From NCBI GenBank assembly GCA_035389045.1, contig DAOORA010000040.1:1-39001 (forward strand): a DNA stretch of 39,001 bases, read 5' to 3'. Both the position numbers and the translations under genes were made by a program. Position 1 is the first letter of the stretch; each line of letters begins with the position of its first letter. Below the pieces are notes generated by a model that searched no databases, was not told where the DNA came from, and was given only the letters and a program-made list of their open reading frames with translations. Positions 9,932-19,779 of this stretch are shown here, in pieces. The stretch is from Bacteroidales bacterium. Lineage in GTDB: Bacteria; Bacteroidota; Bacteroidia; Bacteroidales; CAIWKO01.

Positions 9932-9946
9932 TAATTAGCATAATTA

Positions 9947-11227
9947 TCAGCGACATATTATAAGATAATAACACTTCTTACCTTTCTGCACCAGAATATA
10001 TTTGTCATTTAACAAATAGTTCCGGTCAATTATTTTTCCTTCTTCAATCCTTTTCTTATTAATAAATATACAACCATCCTTAAATGACCTTCTGGCTTCA
10101 CTTTTGGATGGCAAAATACCTGTTTTTATGGTAAGCAACTCACATATATCCACCCCCTTTTCAATATCGTCGACCGGAATAAAACTCTGCGGAACGCCTT
10201 CAAATACTGACAACAAGGTTTCTTCATCAAGCGATTTCAGCGTATCTTCCGTGCCTTTTCCGAATAATATTTCAGAGGCTTCCACAGCAGCAAGATAATC
10301 TTTCTCGGAATGCACCCTGATGGTAACATCCTTTGCCAGGGATTTCTGAAGAAGGCGCAGATGAGGTGATTCCCTGTGCTGGCGGATCAGCCCGTCAACT
10401 TCTTCTTTCGATAAAAGAGTGAATATTTTTATATATTTTTCTGAATCTTCGTCCGAGCAATTCAACCAGAACTGATAAAATTTATAAGGCGATGTTTTTT
10501 GTGGGTCAAGCCACACATTGCCCGCCTCGGTTTTACCGAATTTACTGCCATCGGCCTTGGTGATTAACGGACAGGTAATGGCATAGGCATCCGTACCGCC
10601 CTTACGCCGGATAAGTTCGGTACCCGTGGTAATATTTCCCCACTGATCGGCGCCGCCCATCTGCAACCTGCAGTTTTTGTTAGTATTCAACCAGTAAAAA
10701 TCATATCCCTGTACCAACTGATAGGTAAATTCAGTAAACGAAATACCACTGCCTGCCTGCATCCTTTTTTGTACTGAATCTTTGGTCATCATATAGTTTA
10801 TGGTGATATGCTTGCCCACATCACGCAAAAAGCCGAGAAATCCAAAGTCTTTCATCCAGTCATAATTATTTACGATTTCTGCCTTATTGCTTATATCAGA
10901 AAAATCGAGGAATTTTTCCAGTTGCTGCTGAATGCCTTTCTGGTTAAACCTCAATGTTTCTTCATCCAACAGGTTACGCTCTTCTGACTTGCCCGAAGGA
11001 TCACCTATCATTCCCGTTGCCCCGCCGACCAGGGCAATAGGTTTATGCCCGCACAACTGAAAATGTTTCAGCATCATGATGGAAACCAGATGCCCTATGT
11101 GCAATGAATCAGCTGTCGGATCAATGCCTACGTAAGCAACTGTCAGTTCTTTCCGGAGCTGTTCTGCCACACCGGGAGTCATATCCTGTATCATCCCCCG
11201 CCAGTGCAATTCTTCAATAAAACCCAT
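9947..11227 (-). CDS. tyrS: Tyrosine--tRNA ligase
   Basis: [15 protein letters not shown] (HIGH), [17 protein letters not shown] and a C-terminal S4-like domain. Start placed at the ATG at 11227 ([11 protein letters not shown]). Confidence 0.97.
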   Translation of the reverse strand: MGFIEELHWRGMIQDMTPGVAEQLRKELTVAYVGIDPTADSLHIGHLVSIMMLKHFQLCGHKPIALVGGATGMIGDPSGKSEERNLLDEETLRFNQKGIQQQLEKFLDFSDISNKAEIVNNYDWMKDFGFLGFLRDVGKHITINYMMTKDSVQKRMQAGSGISFTEFTYQLVQGYDFYWLNTNKNCRLQMGGADQWGNITTGTELIRRKGGTDAYAITCPLITKADGSKFGKTEAGNVWLDPQKTSPYKFYQFWLNCSDEDSEKYIKIFTLLSKEEVDGLIRQHRESPHLRLLQKSLAKDVTIRVHSEKDYLAAVEASEILFGKGTEDTLKSLDEETLLSVFEGVPQSFIPVDDIEKGVDICELLTIKTGILPSKSEARRSFKDGCIFINKKRIEEGKIIDRNYLLNDKYILVQKGKKCYYLIICR

Positions 11228-11241
11228 AATAAAAATTTTTA

Positions 11242-11249
11242 CAAAAGTA
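11242..11249 (-). promoter_or_regulatory. Bacteroidota sigma-70 -7 element for tyrS
   Basis: TACTTTTG on the minus strand matches TAnnTTTG, 14 nt upstream of the ATG. Confidence 0.6.
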
Positions 11250-11294
11250 CATAATTCTGAAAAGCAGAAAAACACCCGGTCGGATACAGCAATT

Positions 11295-13004
11295 CTATTC
11301 GTACCCTTGCTCGGGGTCAGTCCAGTTGCCGTCTTCTTTGATCAGCCTGACAAGTTCCTCAAGTGCCGAAGACTCATCAATGTTTTTCATCGCTATCTTT
11401 TTTTTACGGTAAAGATTTATTTTTCCTGCCGAAACGCCCACATAGCCATAATCCGCATCAGCCATCTCGCCGGGGCCGTTAACAATGCAACCCATCACAC
11501 CTATCTTGAGGTGTTTCAGATGTGAAAGTTTTTGTTTTAAAATTTGCAGTGTTCCTTCCACATCATAAGATGTCCTCCCGCAGGTGGGACAGGCAATGAA
11601 TTCCGTCTTGCTCCGCCGCAGACCCATTGTCTGCAGGATGCCAAACATCAAAGAGGACAACAGCGTCCGGCCGGCATCGTTATCAATACATATACCATCG
11701 GCCACACCATCCACCAGGAAACACGCCAACTCAGCAGGCGCTTCAATCTGCAAGTCCTCAACGCTGCAGAAATATTTTTTATATAAGATCAACGGAAACT
11801 TGTTCCCGATAAGTCTTAATTCAATTAATTTTTGGCACAGGCCGGGGATATCCTCCTCGGTACTGAAATCAAAAAAAAGCACTTTCTCACCAGCTCCTGC
11901 ATGTTCCTTTAACAGCCGGGAATCATCAAGTTCTTTAGGCGTCAGATAAAGAAAACTTACCGGTGTTGCACCGTCAGGCTTTAGCAGACTTTGACGCTCC
12001 ATATTTAAATACAGGTCTGGCATTAGTTCAGTAGCAGTATTGGTTTCAACTCCCGGATAAACACATACCGGCGGTCCATCACCGCCAATGCTTTCAATAT
12101 TAAGGGTTTCGAATTTTTCGTACGCATATTTCCATGGACGTTCAACCACATTTTTATCCGTCGAAAAAGTTTTTACCAAGAACCTGGCAACAGGAATTTC
12201 ATTGACCGGGTCTTCGGTCAGCGAAACACGAATGGTATCGCCTATGCCTTCCATCAACAGCGAACCAATACCCGCAGCCGATTTTATCCGTGCGTCCATC
12301 CCCGATCCGGCTTCGGTAACGCCAAGATGCAGCGGATAATCATACCCTGACTCCTCCATGCGCGCAACAAGCAGCCGGTAGGCATATATCATTGTCTTGA
12401 CATCACTCGATTTCATCGACAGCACCAGGTTGTGAAAATTGTGAAAACGGCAGATATCAATATATTCCATCGCTGAAACGACCATTCCCTCCACGGTATC
12501 TCCATAACGCGAGGTGACCCTTTCAGATAATGAGCCATGATTGACCCCGATACGGATGACGGTACCGTGTTCTTTGCAAATTCCGAGTAATGGTTTCAGC
12601 CGCAGGCTGATATTTTCAAGCTCCTGCCGGTACCGGGCTTCGCTGTACATCATTTGTTCCGGCCCGTGTTTTTTTTTATCCACATAATTCCCGGGGTTGA
12701 TGCGCACCTTCTCAACAATACGTGCAGCAACTTCAGCGGCCTGAGGTTGAAAATGTATATCTGCTATCAGAGGAACAAAACAACTTTTTTCGGCCAGCGC
12801 TTGTTTGATGTTTTTCAGGTTTTCGGCTTCTGCTATGTTTCGCGCTGTAATTCTTACGAGCTGGCAACCGGCATCCACCAGCTCAAGAGTTTGCCTGACG
12901 GTGGCGGCGGTGTCAATGGTGTTGGTATTGGTCATCGACTGAACAAGAACAGGGTTTTTACCACCAAGAACCAGATTGCCGATATGTATTTCTCTTGTAA
13001 TCAC
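11295..13004 (-). CDS. ispG: (E)-4-hydroxy-3-methylbut-2-enyl-diphosphate synthase, long form with central insertion domain
   Basis: [64 protein letters not shown]. The start is uncertain (GTG 13004 or TTG 13022). Confidence 0.96.
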   Translation of the reverse strand: MITREIHIGNLVLGGKNPVLVQSMTNTNTIDTAATVRQTLELVDAGCQLVRITARNIAEAENLKNIKQALAEKSCFVPLIADIHFQPQAAEVAARIVEKVRINPGNYVDKKKHGPEQMMYSEARYRQELENISLRLKPLLGICKEHGTVIRIGVNHGSLSERVTSRYGDTVEGMVVSAMEYIDICRFHNFHNLVLSMKSSDVKTMIYAYRLLVARMEESGYDYPLHLGVTEAGSGMDARIKSAAGIGSLLMEGIGDTIRVSLTEDPVNEIPVARFLVKTFSTDKNVVERPWKYAYEKFETLNIESIGGDGPPVCVYPGVETNTATELMPDLYLNMERQSLLKPDGATPVSFLYLTPKELDDSRLLKEHAGAGEKVLFFDFSTEEDIPGLCQKLIELRLIGNKFPLILYKKYFCSVEDLQIEAPAELACFLVDGVADGICIDNDAGRTLLSSLMFGILQTMGLRRSKTEFIACPTCGRTSYDVEGTLQILKQKLSHLKHLKIGVMGCIVNGPGEMADADYGYVGVSAGKINLYRKKKIAMKNIDESSALEELVRLIKEDGNWTDPEQGYE

Positions 13005-13029
13005 AAAAAAAAATAAATACAAAATTAGC

Positions 13030-13572
13030 TTATTTTTCAGAGGCTATCTCAACTAATTTATGTATGGTTTTCCAGTTTCGGGTTGTTGCCTGTGCTTTAA
13101 AAATGTTTTCAAAGTATGTATTCGAATATTTTGTATCATTGTATCTGCCTGAACAATATAAAAAAATGTTGTTTTCCGAGATGATATACTCATCAGAACA
13201 AACACCTGCATCTGATAGGTTCACTTTTCTTTCTCCGAAGGGAATTTCAGATAATAATGTCACATAAAGTTTTTGAGGATCCCGGTTTTGAAAGTTGATA
13301 AAAGGATTAGAATCAACTATGATTTTCAGTTGCTCCAGGGTGCGGATTATCACCGGAACATGAAATTTATAGGTATCCGAAATTTTCTGTCCGATCTGCT
13401 CCGAAAGAAGCACAGCGGAACGCTCTCCGGTGTCAAAGATAATGTTGCCGCTCTGTACATAGGTTTCGACGTGTTTAAATTTCAGACTTTGATAAAGTTT
13501 CACCAGGTCGGTCATAAGGATCTTTTTATGCCCTCCGACATTGATTCCCCGTAAAAATGATATGTATTTCAT
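13030..13572 (-). CDS. DUF1697 family protein
   Basis: LRGINVGG, TYVQSGN and C-terminal TTRNWKT motifs. Confidence 0.88.
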   Translation of the reverse strand: MKYISFLRGINVGGHKKILMTDLVKLYQSLKFKHVETYVQSGNIIFDTGERSAVLLSEQIGQKISDTYKFHVPVIIRTLEQLKIIVDSNPFINFQNRDPQKLYVTLLSEIPFGERKVNLSDAGVCSDEYIISENNIFLYCSGRYNDTKYSNTYFENIFKAQATTRNWKTIHKLVEIASEK

Positions 13573-13579
13573 ACTTACA

Positions 13580-13607
13580 AAATAAAAAAGCGGCTTTACA
13601 GGCCGCT
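13580..13607 (-). terminator. Rho-independent terminator after pssA-purS-DUF6150
   Basis: Minus strand reads AGCGGC-ctgtaaa-GCCGCT followed by a T-rich tail. Confidence 0.65.
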
Positions 13608-13633
13608 GGTATTAAATCCTTTTTGAAGCTAAA

Positions 13634-13981
13634 TCAGTACAACAAATGCTTTTTGCTTGAGTTTTTCCATCCGGCATCACTCTTATAATCAGCAAAATAG
13701 ATGATAAGATCGGCATCACTTTTATAATCGCAGAAATATATGGTAACATCGGCATCGCTTTTATAATCACAAAAATACCACAACCCCTCGTTGCCGGTGG
13801 CATCGCTCTTATAGGAACATTTATATACAACCAGATCTGCATCACTTTTATAATCAGCAACATACACCTTTACTTTTGCATCGCTTTTATATTCGCAGGA
13901 ATATATTTTTTGTGCATAGGTTGCCGAAAAGGCAAGAAGGATAACTATCACGGTTAAACTGAATCGGACGATGTTTTTCAT
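13634..13981 (-). CDS. Small secreted protein with six YKSDA repeats (DUF6150-like)
   Basis: Signal peptide ends TYA-Q. Six units of about 14 aa, with the G-x-W-Y-F and C-terminal AGW...KKHLLY pattern recalled for DUF6150. Confidence 0.8.
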   Translation of the reverse strand: MKNIVRFSLTVIVILLAFSATYAQKIYSCEYKSDAKVKVYVADYKSDADLVVYKCSYKSDATGNEGLWYFCDYKSDADVTIYFCDYKSDADLIIYFADYKSDAGWKNSSKKHLLY

Positions 13982-13998
13982 AGGTTCTTTATTTTTTT

Positions 13999-14268
13999 TT
14001 ATTTTTTTGATTCCGGTTTCTCCGGGATAATTTCATATACAAAACTTTCCATGATAGGATTTGATAACAGTTCCCTGCAGGCTTTGTCGAGTTTTTCCCT
14101 GGCGCTTTTTTCATTCTTAGCATCAATCTCCACAGAAATATGTTTCCCGATGCGGACATCGGTTATTTCTGTTATACCCATATTTTTTAAGCCCGATATT
14201 ACGGCCTTTCCCTGAGGGTCAAGCAACTCTTTTAAGGGCATGATGTTTATTTCAGCTCTGAATTTCAT
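13999..14268 (-). CDS. purS: Phosphoribosylformylglycinamidine synthase subunit PurS
   Basis: LLDPQGKAV, DVRIGK, LLSNPIME. Confidence 0.95.
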   Translation of the reverse strand: MKFRAEINIMPLKELLDPQGKAVISGLKNMGITEITDVRIGKHISVEIDAKNEKSAREKLDKACRELLSNPIMESFVYEIIPEKPESKK

Positions 14269-15016
14269 GTTTTTCCTGTTTTCTGTTTATGATTTGGTCG
14301 ATTAAAGAAAGTATGATATACAAAATTATTATAAAAGGAATAGCTGCAAAATAAAACAGAAAAATTAATACCAGGGAAATAATGATAAATATATACCTCG
14401 TCCGGTTTTCTTTCCATCCGAACGTCCTGAATTTCATCGCTATTAAAGGAAGCGGAGCTACCAGCAGATACGAAAGTAAAAATGTCGCAGGGATTAATAC
14501 GGCAGGATGTATTATATAATATGGTAAACTATTCATACTACTTAACCATGCCGGTAAGCCCTGTACAGACACTATCGGCAATAATGAAAAAATCAGCAGG
14601 CCATTGGCCGGAGTGGGCAATCCGATAAAATGATCGGTCTGCCGTTCATCAATATTGAATTTCGCCAGACGCCAGGCAGAAAACACAGGTATTATAAAAG
14701 CAAAAAATGCCACACTGCCGGGCAAACCCGTATCCCAGAATGACAAGCCCTTCTCCAGAAGAATAAACATGGCCATCCCGGGTGCAAGTCCGAAAGATAT
14801 TACATCCGACAAGGAATCAAGCTGTTTGCCCATTTCCGACTTCACATGAAGTAACCGCGCCACAAAACCATCGGTAAAATCAAATACGGACGCCGCAAGT
14901 ATCAGATATACCGGTATCATCATTTCTTCCTGAAATAAAAAATAAATGGCAAGGCTTCCGCACAGAAGGTTCATGCTGGTGATGACATTGGCAATATTTG
15001 AACGGAGGTGTTTCAT
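14252..15016 (-). CDS. pssA: CDP-alcohol phosphatidyltransferase (phosphatidylserine synthase)
   Basis: DFTDGFVARLL...GKQLDSLSDVISFG signature, RLAKFN, FIGLPTPA. Start placed at the ATG at 15016. Confidence 0.9.
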   Translation of the reverse strand: MKHLRSNIANVITSMNLLCGSLAIYFLFQEEMMIPVYLILAASVFDFTDGFVARLLHVKSEMGKQLDSLSDVISFGLAPGMAMFILLEKGLSFWDTGLPGSVAFFAFIIPVFSAWRLAKFNIDERQTDHFIGLPTPANGLLIFSLLPIVSVQGLPAWLSSMNSLPYYIIHPAVLIPATFLLSYLLVAPLPLIAMKFRTFGWKENRTRYIFIIISLVLIFLFYFAAIPFIIILYIILSLIDQIINRKQEKHEIQS

Positions 15017-15136
15017 GGTTTTTAGTATTTGCAAACAAGAGTTTTCTTGCAACACTATTTATTACAAAAATAATTATTTCAGTTTATTAATTCCCAATAA
15101 CTTTTCTCTTATTTTTGTTTTAGATAAATTTGGCGT

Positions 15137-16543
15137 ATGAAAAAAATCGCTCTGATCGTTAACCTGGCACTTTGCATGCTGATTGTTTCATGCTCCGGGC
15201 ATAAAAAGCACAACGATAAGGAAGAACTGCCGATTGAAAAAGGCAAAATTATAAACATTGTAAAATGCAAAAAAAATCTGAGCCATTCTTATGCACTGTA
15301 CCTGCCATCTGCTTTTTCCGAACATAATAAATATCCGCTGATCATATGTTTCGACCCGCATGGTTCAGGGGCAAAACCTCTGGAGTTGTTGAAAAATGAG
15401 GCTGAAAAACTCGGATATATCCTTGTTGGCTCGAATGTTTCTAAAAACGGGATGACATGGGATAACACTTCGGCTCATTACAATATACTCCTGACGGATG
15501 TAACCGAACGTTTTGGTATTGATCAGACAAGAATTTATACCTGCGGATTTTCGGGCGGCTCACGTGTGGCCAGCTCGGTAGCCATTCTGAAAGGCGGCGT
15601 TGCAGGTGTTATTGGCTGTTCCGGGGGATTCCCCCAGGTTAAACAGGCCATAAAAACCAAATTTGATTATATCGGATTTGCCGGTAATGACGACATGAAT
15701 TATGCTGAAATGCTCAACCTCGACAAAGCGCTTGAAAAAAACAGCTTCAGACACTTCCTCATCGTTTTTGACGGCGCACACGGCTGGCCGCCCGAAGATG
15801 TTCTCGGCGAAGCATTTGTCTGGACAGAACTCAATGCTATGAGAGATAAAAAAAAGGCAGAGGACAAAAACTATATTGAGCAAAAATTATCTTCCTTTAC
15901 CTCACAACTCGAAGAATTACAGAAAAAGAATGACCAATATGAGGAATATCTGCTCGTAAAAAAACTGGTTGCCTATTTTAATGGACTGTCTGATATAAAA
16001 AAATATGAAGACAGGCTTCAGCAACTCGAAACCACTACAGCCGTAAAAAACAGGATCAGCCGTGATGAACTGAATATGAAAAAAGAACTGGCCATGCAGC
16101 AAAAATATGGGCAAAGCCTGTCCACAGAAAATGCGTTATGGTGGAAAAATGAAGTATCCCGCTTAAACTATTTTATTCAGGTTTCTCCGGTTGAGGATGA
16201 AAAACACATCGTAAAACGTGTTCTTGAATACCTTAGCCTGGCATCGTTTTCGGCCAGTTCGTCCTTATACAGCCAAAACAGATTTGCTGAAGCCGAACAT
16301 TATATTGATCTATACTCAATTATTGACCCTGACAATCCCGAACCCGAATTTATGTATGCCCAGATATATGCCCGGAAAAAAGATGCTGAAAAAACCATGG
16401 AACATCTGAAAAGATCTGCCGACCTTGGCTTTTCAGAAAAATCGCGTATCGGGAACGACAGCATTTTTCAGAAATTCAACTCTGATAAACGGTTTGCAGA
16501 AATAATGGATATTATTACAAACAATCAAAATAAAAAACCGTAA
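15137..16543 (+). CDS. Lipoprotein with alpha/beta-hydrolase domain and C-terminal helical/TPR region
   Basis: Lipobox IVSC, nucleophile elbow GFSGG, candidate triad Asp (GNDD) and His (GAHGWP), TPR-like C-terminus. Confidence 0.75.
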   Translation: MKKIALIVNLALCMLIVSCSGHKKHNDKEELPIEKGKIINIVKCKKNLSHSYALYLPSAFSEHNKYPLIICFDPHGSGAKPLELLKNEAEKLGYILVGSNVSKNGMTWDNTSAHYNILLTDVTERFGIDQTRIYTCGFSGGSRVASSVAILKGGVAGVIGCSGGFPQVKQAIKTKFDYIGFAGNDDMNYAEMLNLDKALEKNSFRHFLIVFDGAHGWPPEDVLGEAFVWTELNAMRDKKKAEDKNYIEQKLSSFTSQLEELQKKNDQYEEYLLVKKLVAYFNGLSDIKKYEDRLQQLETTTAVKNRISRDELNMKKELAMQQKYGQSLSTENALWWKNEVSRLNYFIQVSPVEDEKHIVKRVLEYLSLASFSASSSLYSQNRFAEAEHYIDLYSIIDPDNPEPEFMYAQIYARKKDAEKTMEHLKRSADLGFSEKSRIGNDSIFQKFNSDKRFAEIMDIITNNQNKKP

Positions 16544-16642
16544 TATAAAATCACCGTCAAACATACGAACTATCAATATGTTACCACAATTTTGCAACAT
16601 AAGTTCCTTCTATATTTGTATAATCAATAAAATGTTTTCCCC

Positions 16643-17896
16643 ATGAAAAAATTTATTTTCTTTATTTCTTTATTGGTTCCCTGGACCACATTTGCTCAGG
16701 ATCAACCAAATAAATTCGGAATTCATTTTTCAGGATATGTAAAAAATGATTTTTTTTATGATTACCGTAAGACCGTGGGTATCCGTGAAGGACATTTCTA
16801 TCTTTATCCGGAAAATATCAGATATGATGCAGATAGTCTTGACATTAACGCAAAAACGACCTTCAACATTCTCTCCATACAAACCCGCTTAAGGGGCGAT
16901 ATCAGAGGCCCGGAAGCATTCGGAGCTAAAACATCAGGAGCAATAGAAGGCGAATTTTATGGCACTACTGATGCGAGCATCAACTGTTTCCGCTTGAGAC
17001 AGGCTTATGCCCGGCTCTCATGGGCTACCACCGATCTTGTCATCGGCCAGACCTGGCACGGCATGTTCTTTGAAGAATGTTTCCCCGAAATTATGGCGGT
17101 AAATACGGGTTGCCCGTTTCAGCCGTTTTCCAGGAATCCCCAAATCAAGGTTATTCAGAAATACAAAGACTTCAAGTTTATTCTCTCTGTTATGTCACAG
17201 CGCGAATTCGCCGAATGGGGTGGTTCCGATGCACTGCGTAATGCAGCCATACCTGACCTCAACCTGCGTATCTCCTATCAGCATTTCAATGAGGACAGCA
17301 CCCGCGAATTGTTTCTGGGAGGTAGCGCCGATTATAAAGTTATTGTTCCAAGATTGGTTACCGACAGCAACTTTACCACCAACAGCAGCCTGAACGCTTA
17401 TGCGTTCTCCCTTGTTTTTAAATACCGCTGCCCGAAAGTAACTTGTAAATTATCAGGTGTTTATGGCCAGGACCTTTACAGTCATACGATGCTTGGTGGC
17501 TACGCCTATAAATATACTACCGACAGCCTTACGCTCGCCCGCGGTGATTTCGGGTATACCCCGATCAATACAGTGTCTGTCTGGGCTGACTTTACCACCA
17601 ACGGGCCTAAATTCAGGTTCGGCATTCTGGGAGGATATACCAAAAACCTGGGATCATTCGAGAATATCTATGACTGGAAAAATGAAAAATCTTATTTCGC
17701 AAGAGGTTGGAACATTTCTTATATATACCGTATCTCTCCGCGCTTTGTGTTTATTTCCGGTAAAATAAAAATGGGAATTGAAGGAGATTACACCGTAGCA
17801 GGTTACGGAAACAGCATCAACAGCCTGGGAGAAGTAAAAGATGTGAAACCCGTATCGAACATCAGGCTGATGTATTCGCTATTCTATTATTTCTGA
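16643..17896 (+). CDS. Outer-membrane beta-barrel protein (DcaP-like porin)
   Basis: Signal peptide TFA-Q, FSGYVKND, IEGEF, FRLRQAY, GQTW, RNPQI and terminal YYF. TATATTTG -7 element at 16611-16618. Confidence 0.75.
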   Translation: MKKFIFFISLLVPWTTFAQDQPNKFGIHFSGYVKNDFFYDYRKTVGIREGHFYLYPENIRYDADSLDINAKTTFNILSIQTRLRGDIRGPEAFGAKTSGAIEGEFYGTTDASINCFRLRQAYARLSWATTDLVIGQTWHGMFFEECFPEIMAVNTGCPFQPFSRNPQIKVIQKYKDFKFILSVMSQREFAEWGGSDALRNAAIPDLNLRISYQHFNEDSTRELFLGGSADYKVIVPRLVTDSNFTTNSSLNAYAFSLVFKYRCPKVTCKLSGVYGQDLYSHTMLGGYAYKYTTDSLTLARGDFGYTPINTVSVWADFTTNGPKFRFGILGGYTKNLGSFENIYDWKNEKSYFARGWNISYIYRISPRFVFISGKIKMGIEGDYTVAGYGNSINSLGEVKDVKPVSNIRLMYSLFYYF

Positions 17897-18552
17897 GCTT
17901 CCATCCTATCATTGAAATACCATTCCGCATAAAATTCTTTTAAAAATCCTTCAAGAATTATATGCCGATGTTCCGCCAGTTGCTTTGCAGAAATTGTGTT
18001 CATCCGGTCTTTAAGAAGAAGCAGTTTTTCGTAAAAATGATTAATCGTATGCGAATGTTTGCTTTTATACGCATCAAAATCAGCATGATATCCGGGAGGA
18101 ACATCCGGATGGAATAGTTCTCTGTTTTTATAACCGCCGTAAGCAAAAGCACGTGCAATGCCGACAGCGCCAATGGCATCCAGCCGGTCCGCATCCTGAA
18201 CTACCTGTCCTTCAATAGTATCCGGTTTGATTGTTTCTCCCGCACCTTTAAAGGAAACCTGCCCGATTACGTGTGTTATTTGCTCAATGGTATGACTATC
18301 CAGTCCACATGCACATAACCAGTTGAAAGCATGACAACTGCCTGATTCACTGAGCTTCCAGTCATCCAGGTCGTGCAATAATGCAGCCAACTCCACTATA
18401 AAAATATCGGCATTTTCTTTTGCGGCCAGATAAACAGCCATCTTATGTACTCTGTAAATATGCCACCAGTCGTGGCCTGATGGCTCGCCAGCAGTTTCGG
18501 ATTTTACGAACGCTATGGTTTTTGCAATGATATCTTCCGGATAAACAGCCAC
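17887..18552 (-). CDS. HD-domain metal-dependent phosphohydrolase (YedJ-like)
   Basis: GHDWWHIYRV, ALLHD, VQDADRLDAIGA, HFYEKLL. Confidence 0.92.
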   Translation of the reverse strand: MAVYPEDIIAKTIAFVKSETAGEPSGHDWWHIYRVHKMAVYLAAKENADIFIVELAALLHDLDDWKLSESGSCHAFNWLCACGLDSHTIEQITHVIGQVSFKGAGETIKPDTIEGQVVQDADRLDAIGAVGIARAFAYGGYKNRELFHPDVPPGYHADFDAYKSKHSHTINHFYEKLLLLKDRMNTISAKQLAEHRHIILEGFLKEFYAEWYFNDRMEAQK

Positions 18553-18555
18553 TGT

Positions 18556-19674
18556 TTATGGTAACAAACTTTCAATCTTTTTATAAAGCTCCTCCCCGCG
18601 CAGATTTTTGGCGATGATCTTACCTTCCTTATCAACTAAAACGGTATAAGGAATGGCTTTTACGCTATACATAGCCGCCACCTCGGATTGCCAGAATTTC
18701 AGATCACTGACCTGCGGCCATGTCATATGTTCTGTTCGTATAGCTCCCACCCAGTTTTCGCGAGTCTTATCAAGCGACACACCTAGTATTTCGAAGTTCT
18801 TCATCTTGAAATCCGAATACAACTTTACCAGGTTGGGCATTTCCCTGCGGCATGGGCCGCACCAGGCCGCCCAGAAATCAATCAACACAAATTTTCCCTT
18901 AAACGAACTCAGGCTGACATTTACGCCGGAGGTATCCGGCAGTGTGAAATCAGGGGCAACAACACCTATGGCAGTGGCTTTATTGGAATTGACCTGATTG
19001 TGAAAATTGCTTACATAAAAATTATCAGGATGAGTAGCAAACAATGTGGAATCCACCTTTGAGTAAATATCATAATTGGCCTCAACGGGTAATACTTCGA
19101 GCAAAAACATGATGGCCAGGGATTTGGGGTTTTTTAAAATAAATGACTTCAGCACGTTGTCCTGATTTGTTTTTATTTTATCTGTTTCTGCAGTCAGTGC
19201 TTTACGTAAGGAATCATAATTTGTTGTGGCCATTTCTTTATAAGACATGTTGATACTGTCTATCTTGTTTTTATTGGCCGTAATCATTTTTTGATTCTTA
19301 AACACATGATAGGTCTGCTCCGAACCTGTTACCTCCAGGTATTTTACTAAATCTCTGGTGTCGGATGTAAAAACAACTTTTTCACCCGGTTGCAATATCA
19401 TCCAAACCGCATTATTATTATCAAACTGAAGTTTATAAAAATCGGTTTTTTCAACATCAGTTTTTATTAAAAATTTACCGTCAGTCCCGATAGGCGCACT
19501 GGTTTTTAATAACAGTTCTTTACCAACATGGTACAAACTGGCGGTGTTAAAAATATTGTTTTTTAAGGTACCGCTGATGCTTACCTGTTTGAGGATTTGC
19601 GCATGAACAGGTAATGTTCCCGATACCATCATCAACAGAAAAGAGAAACCAAAATATTTAAATGTCTTTTTCAT
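18556..19674 (-). CDS. Exported TlpA/ResA-type thiol-disulfide oxidoreductase with N-terminal DUF4369-like domain
   Basis: Signal peptide VHA-Q, APDFTL, DFWAAWCGPCRRE, AIPYT. Start placed at the ATG at 19674 (19686 is possible). Confidence 0.9.
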   Translation of the reverse strand: MKKTFKYFGFSFLLMMVSGTLPVHAQILKQVSISGTLKNNIFNTASLYHVGKELLLKTSAPIGTDGKFLIKTDVEKTDFYKLQFDNNNAVWMILQPGEKVVFTSDTRDLVKYLEVTGSEQTYHVFKNQKMITANKNKIDSINMSYKEMATTNYDSLRKALTAETDKIKTNQDNVLKSFILKNPKSLAIMFLLEVLPVEANYDIYSKVDSTLFATHPDNFYVSNFHNQVNSNKATAIGVVAPDFTLPDTSGVNVSLSSFKGKFVLIDFWAAWCGPCRREMPNLVKLYSDFKMKNFEILGVSLDKTRENWVGAIRTEHMTWPQVSDLKFWQSEVAAMYSVKAIPYTVLVDKEGKIIAKNLRGEELYKKIESLLP

Positions 19675-19720
19675 TTGTATTTTCATAAAATTAATAACGA
19701 TACCAGAAACAACTATAAAC

Positions 19721-19760
19721 AAAAAATCAAAAACCCGGTTCAAAGGATTTTTGATTTTTT
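19721..19760. terminator. Terminator-like hairpin ending the bamA-skp operon
   Basis: Perfect 13-bp inverted repeat AAAAAATCAAAAA / TTTTTGATTTTTT about 20 nt after the skp stop. Confidence 0.6.
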
Positions 19761-19779
19761 ACAAAAAGATTTGTTTTCT

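Noticed and set aside
9710..9946. Structured intergenic region as a T-box, riboswitch or tRNA linked to tyrS
   Set aside because: It is downstream of tyrS, not upstream, has no T-box or cloverleaf motifs, and is better explained by terminal inverted repeats.
11700..12150. Extra central domain in IspG as a novel fusion
   Set aside because: Long three-domain IspG is already known in Bacteroidota, Chlamydiae and plants.
13005..13013. 9-nt homopolymer at the ispG start, and similar runs near 13992 and inside genes
   Set aside because: A/T runs of 8-9 nt are frequent in this AT-rich sequence and all frames are intact; no evidence of phase variation.
13670..13900. Regularly spaced ~20-bp repeats (GCATC(A/G)CT(T/C)TTATA) resembling a CRISPR array
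   Set aside because: The period is 42 bp and in frame, variation is at synonymous positions, they encode the YKSDA repeats, and no cas genes are present.
17887..17896. Short 3' overlaps of convergent genes (porin/HD; also pdxJ/QC at 28595-28608)
   Set aside because: Common in compact genomes; no further signal.
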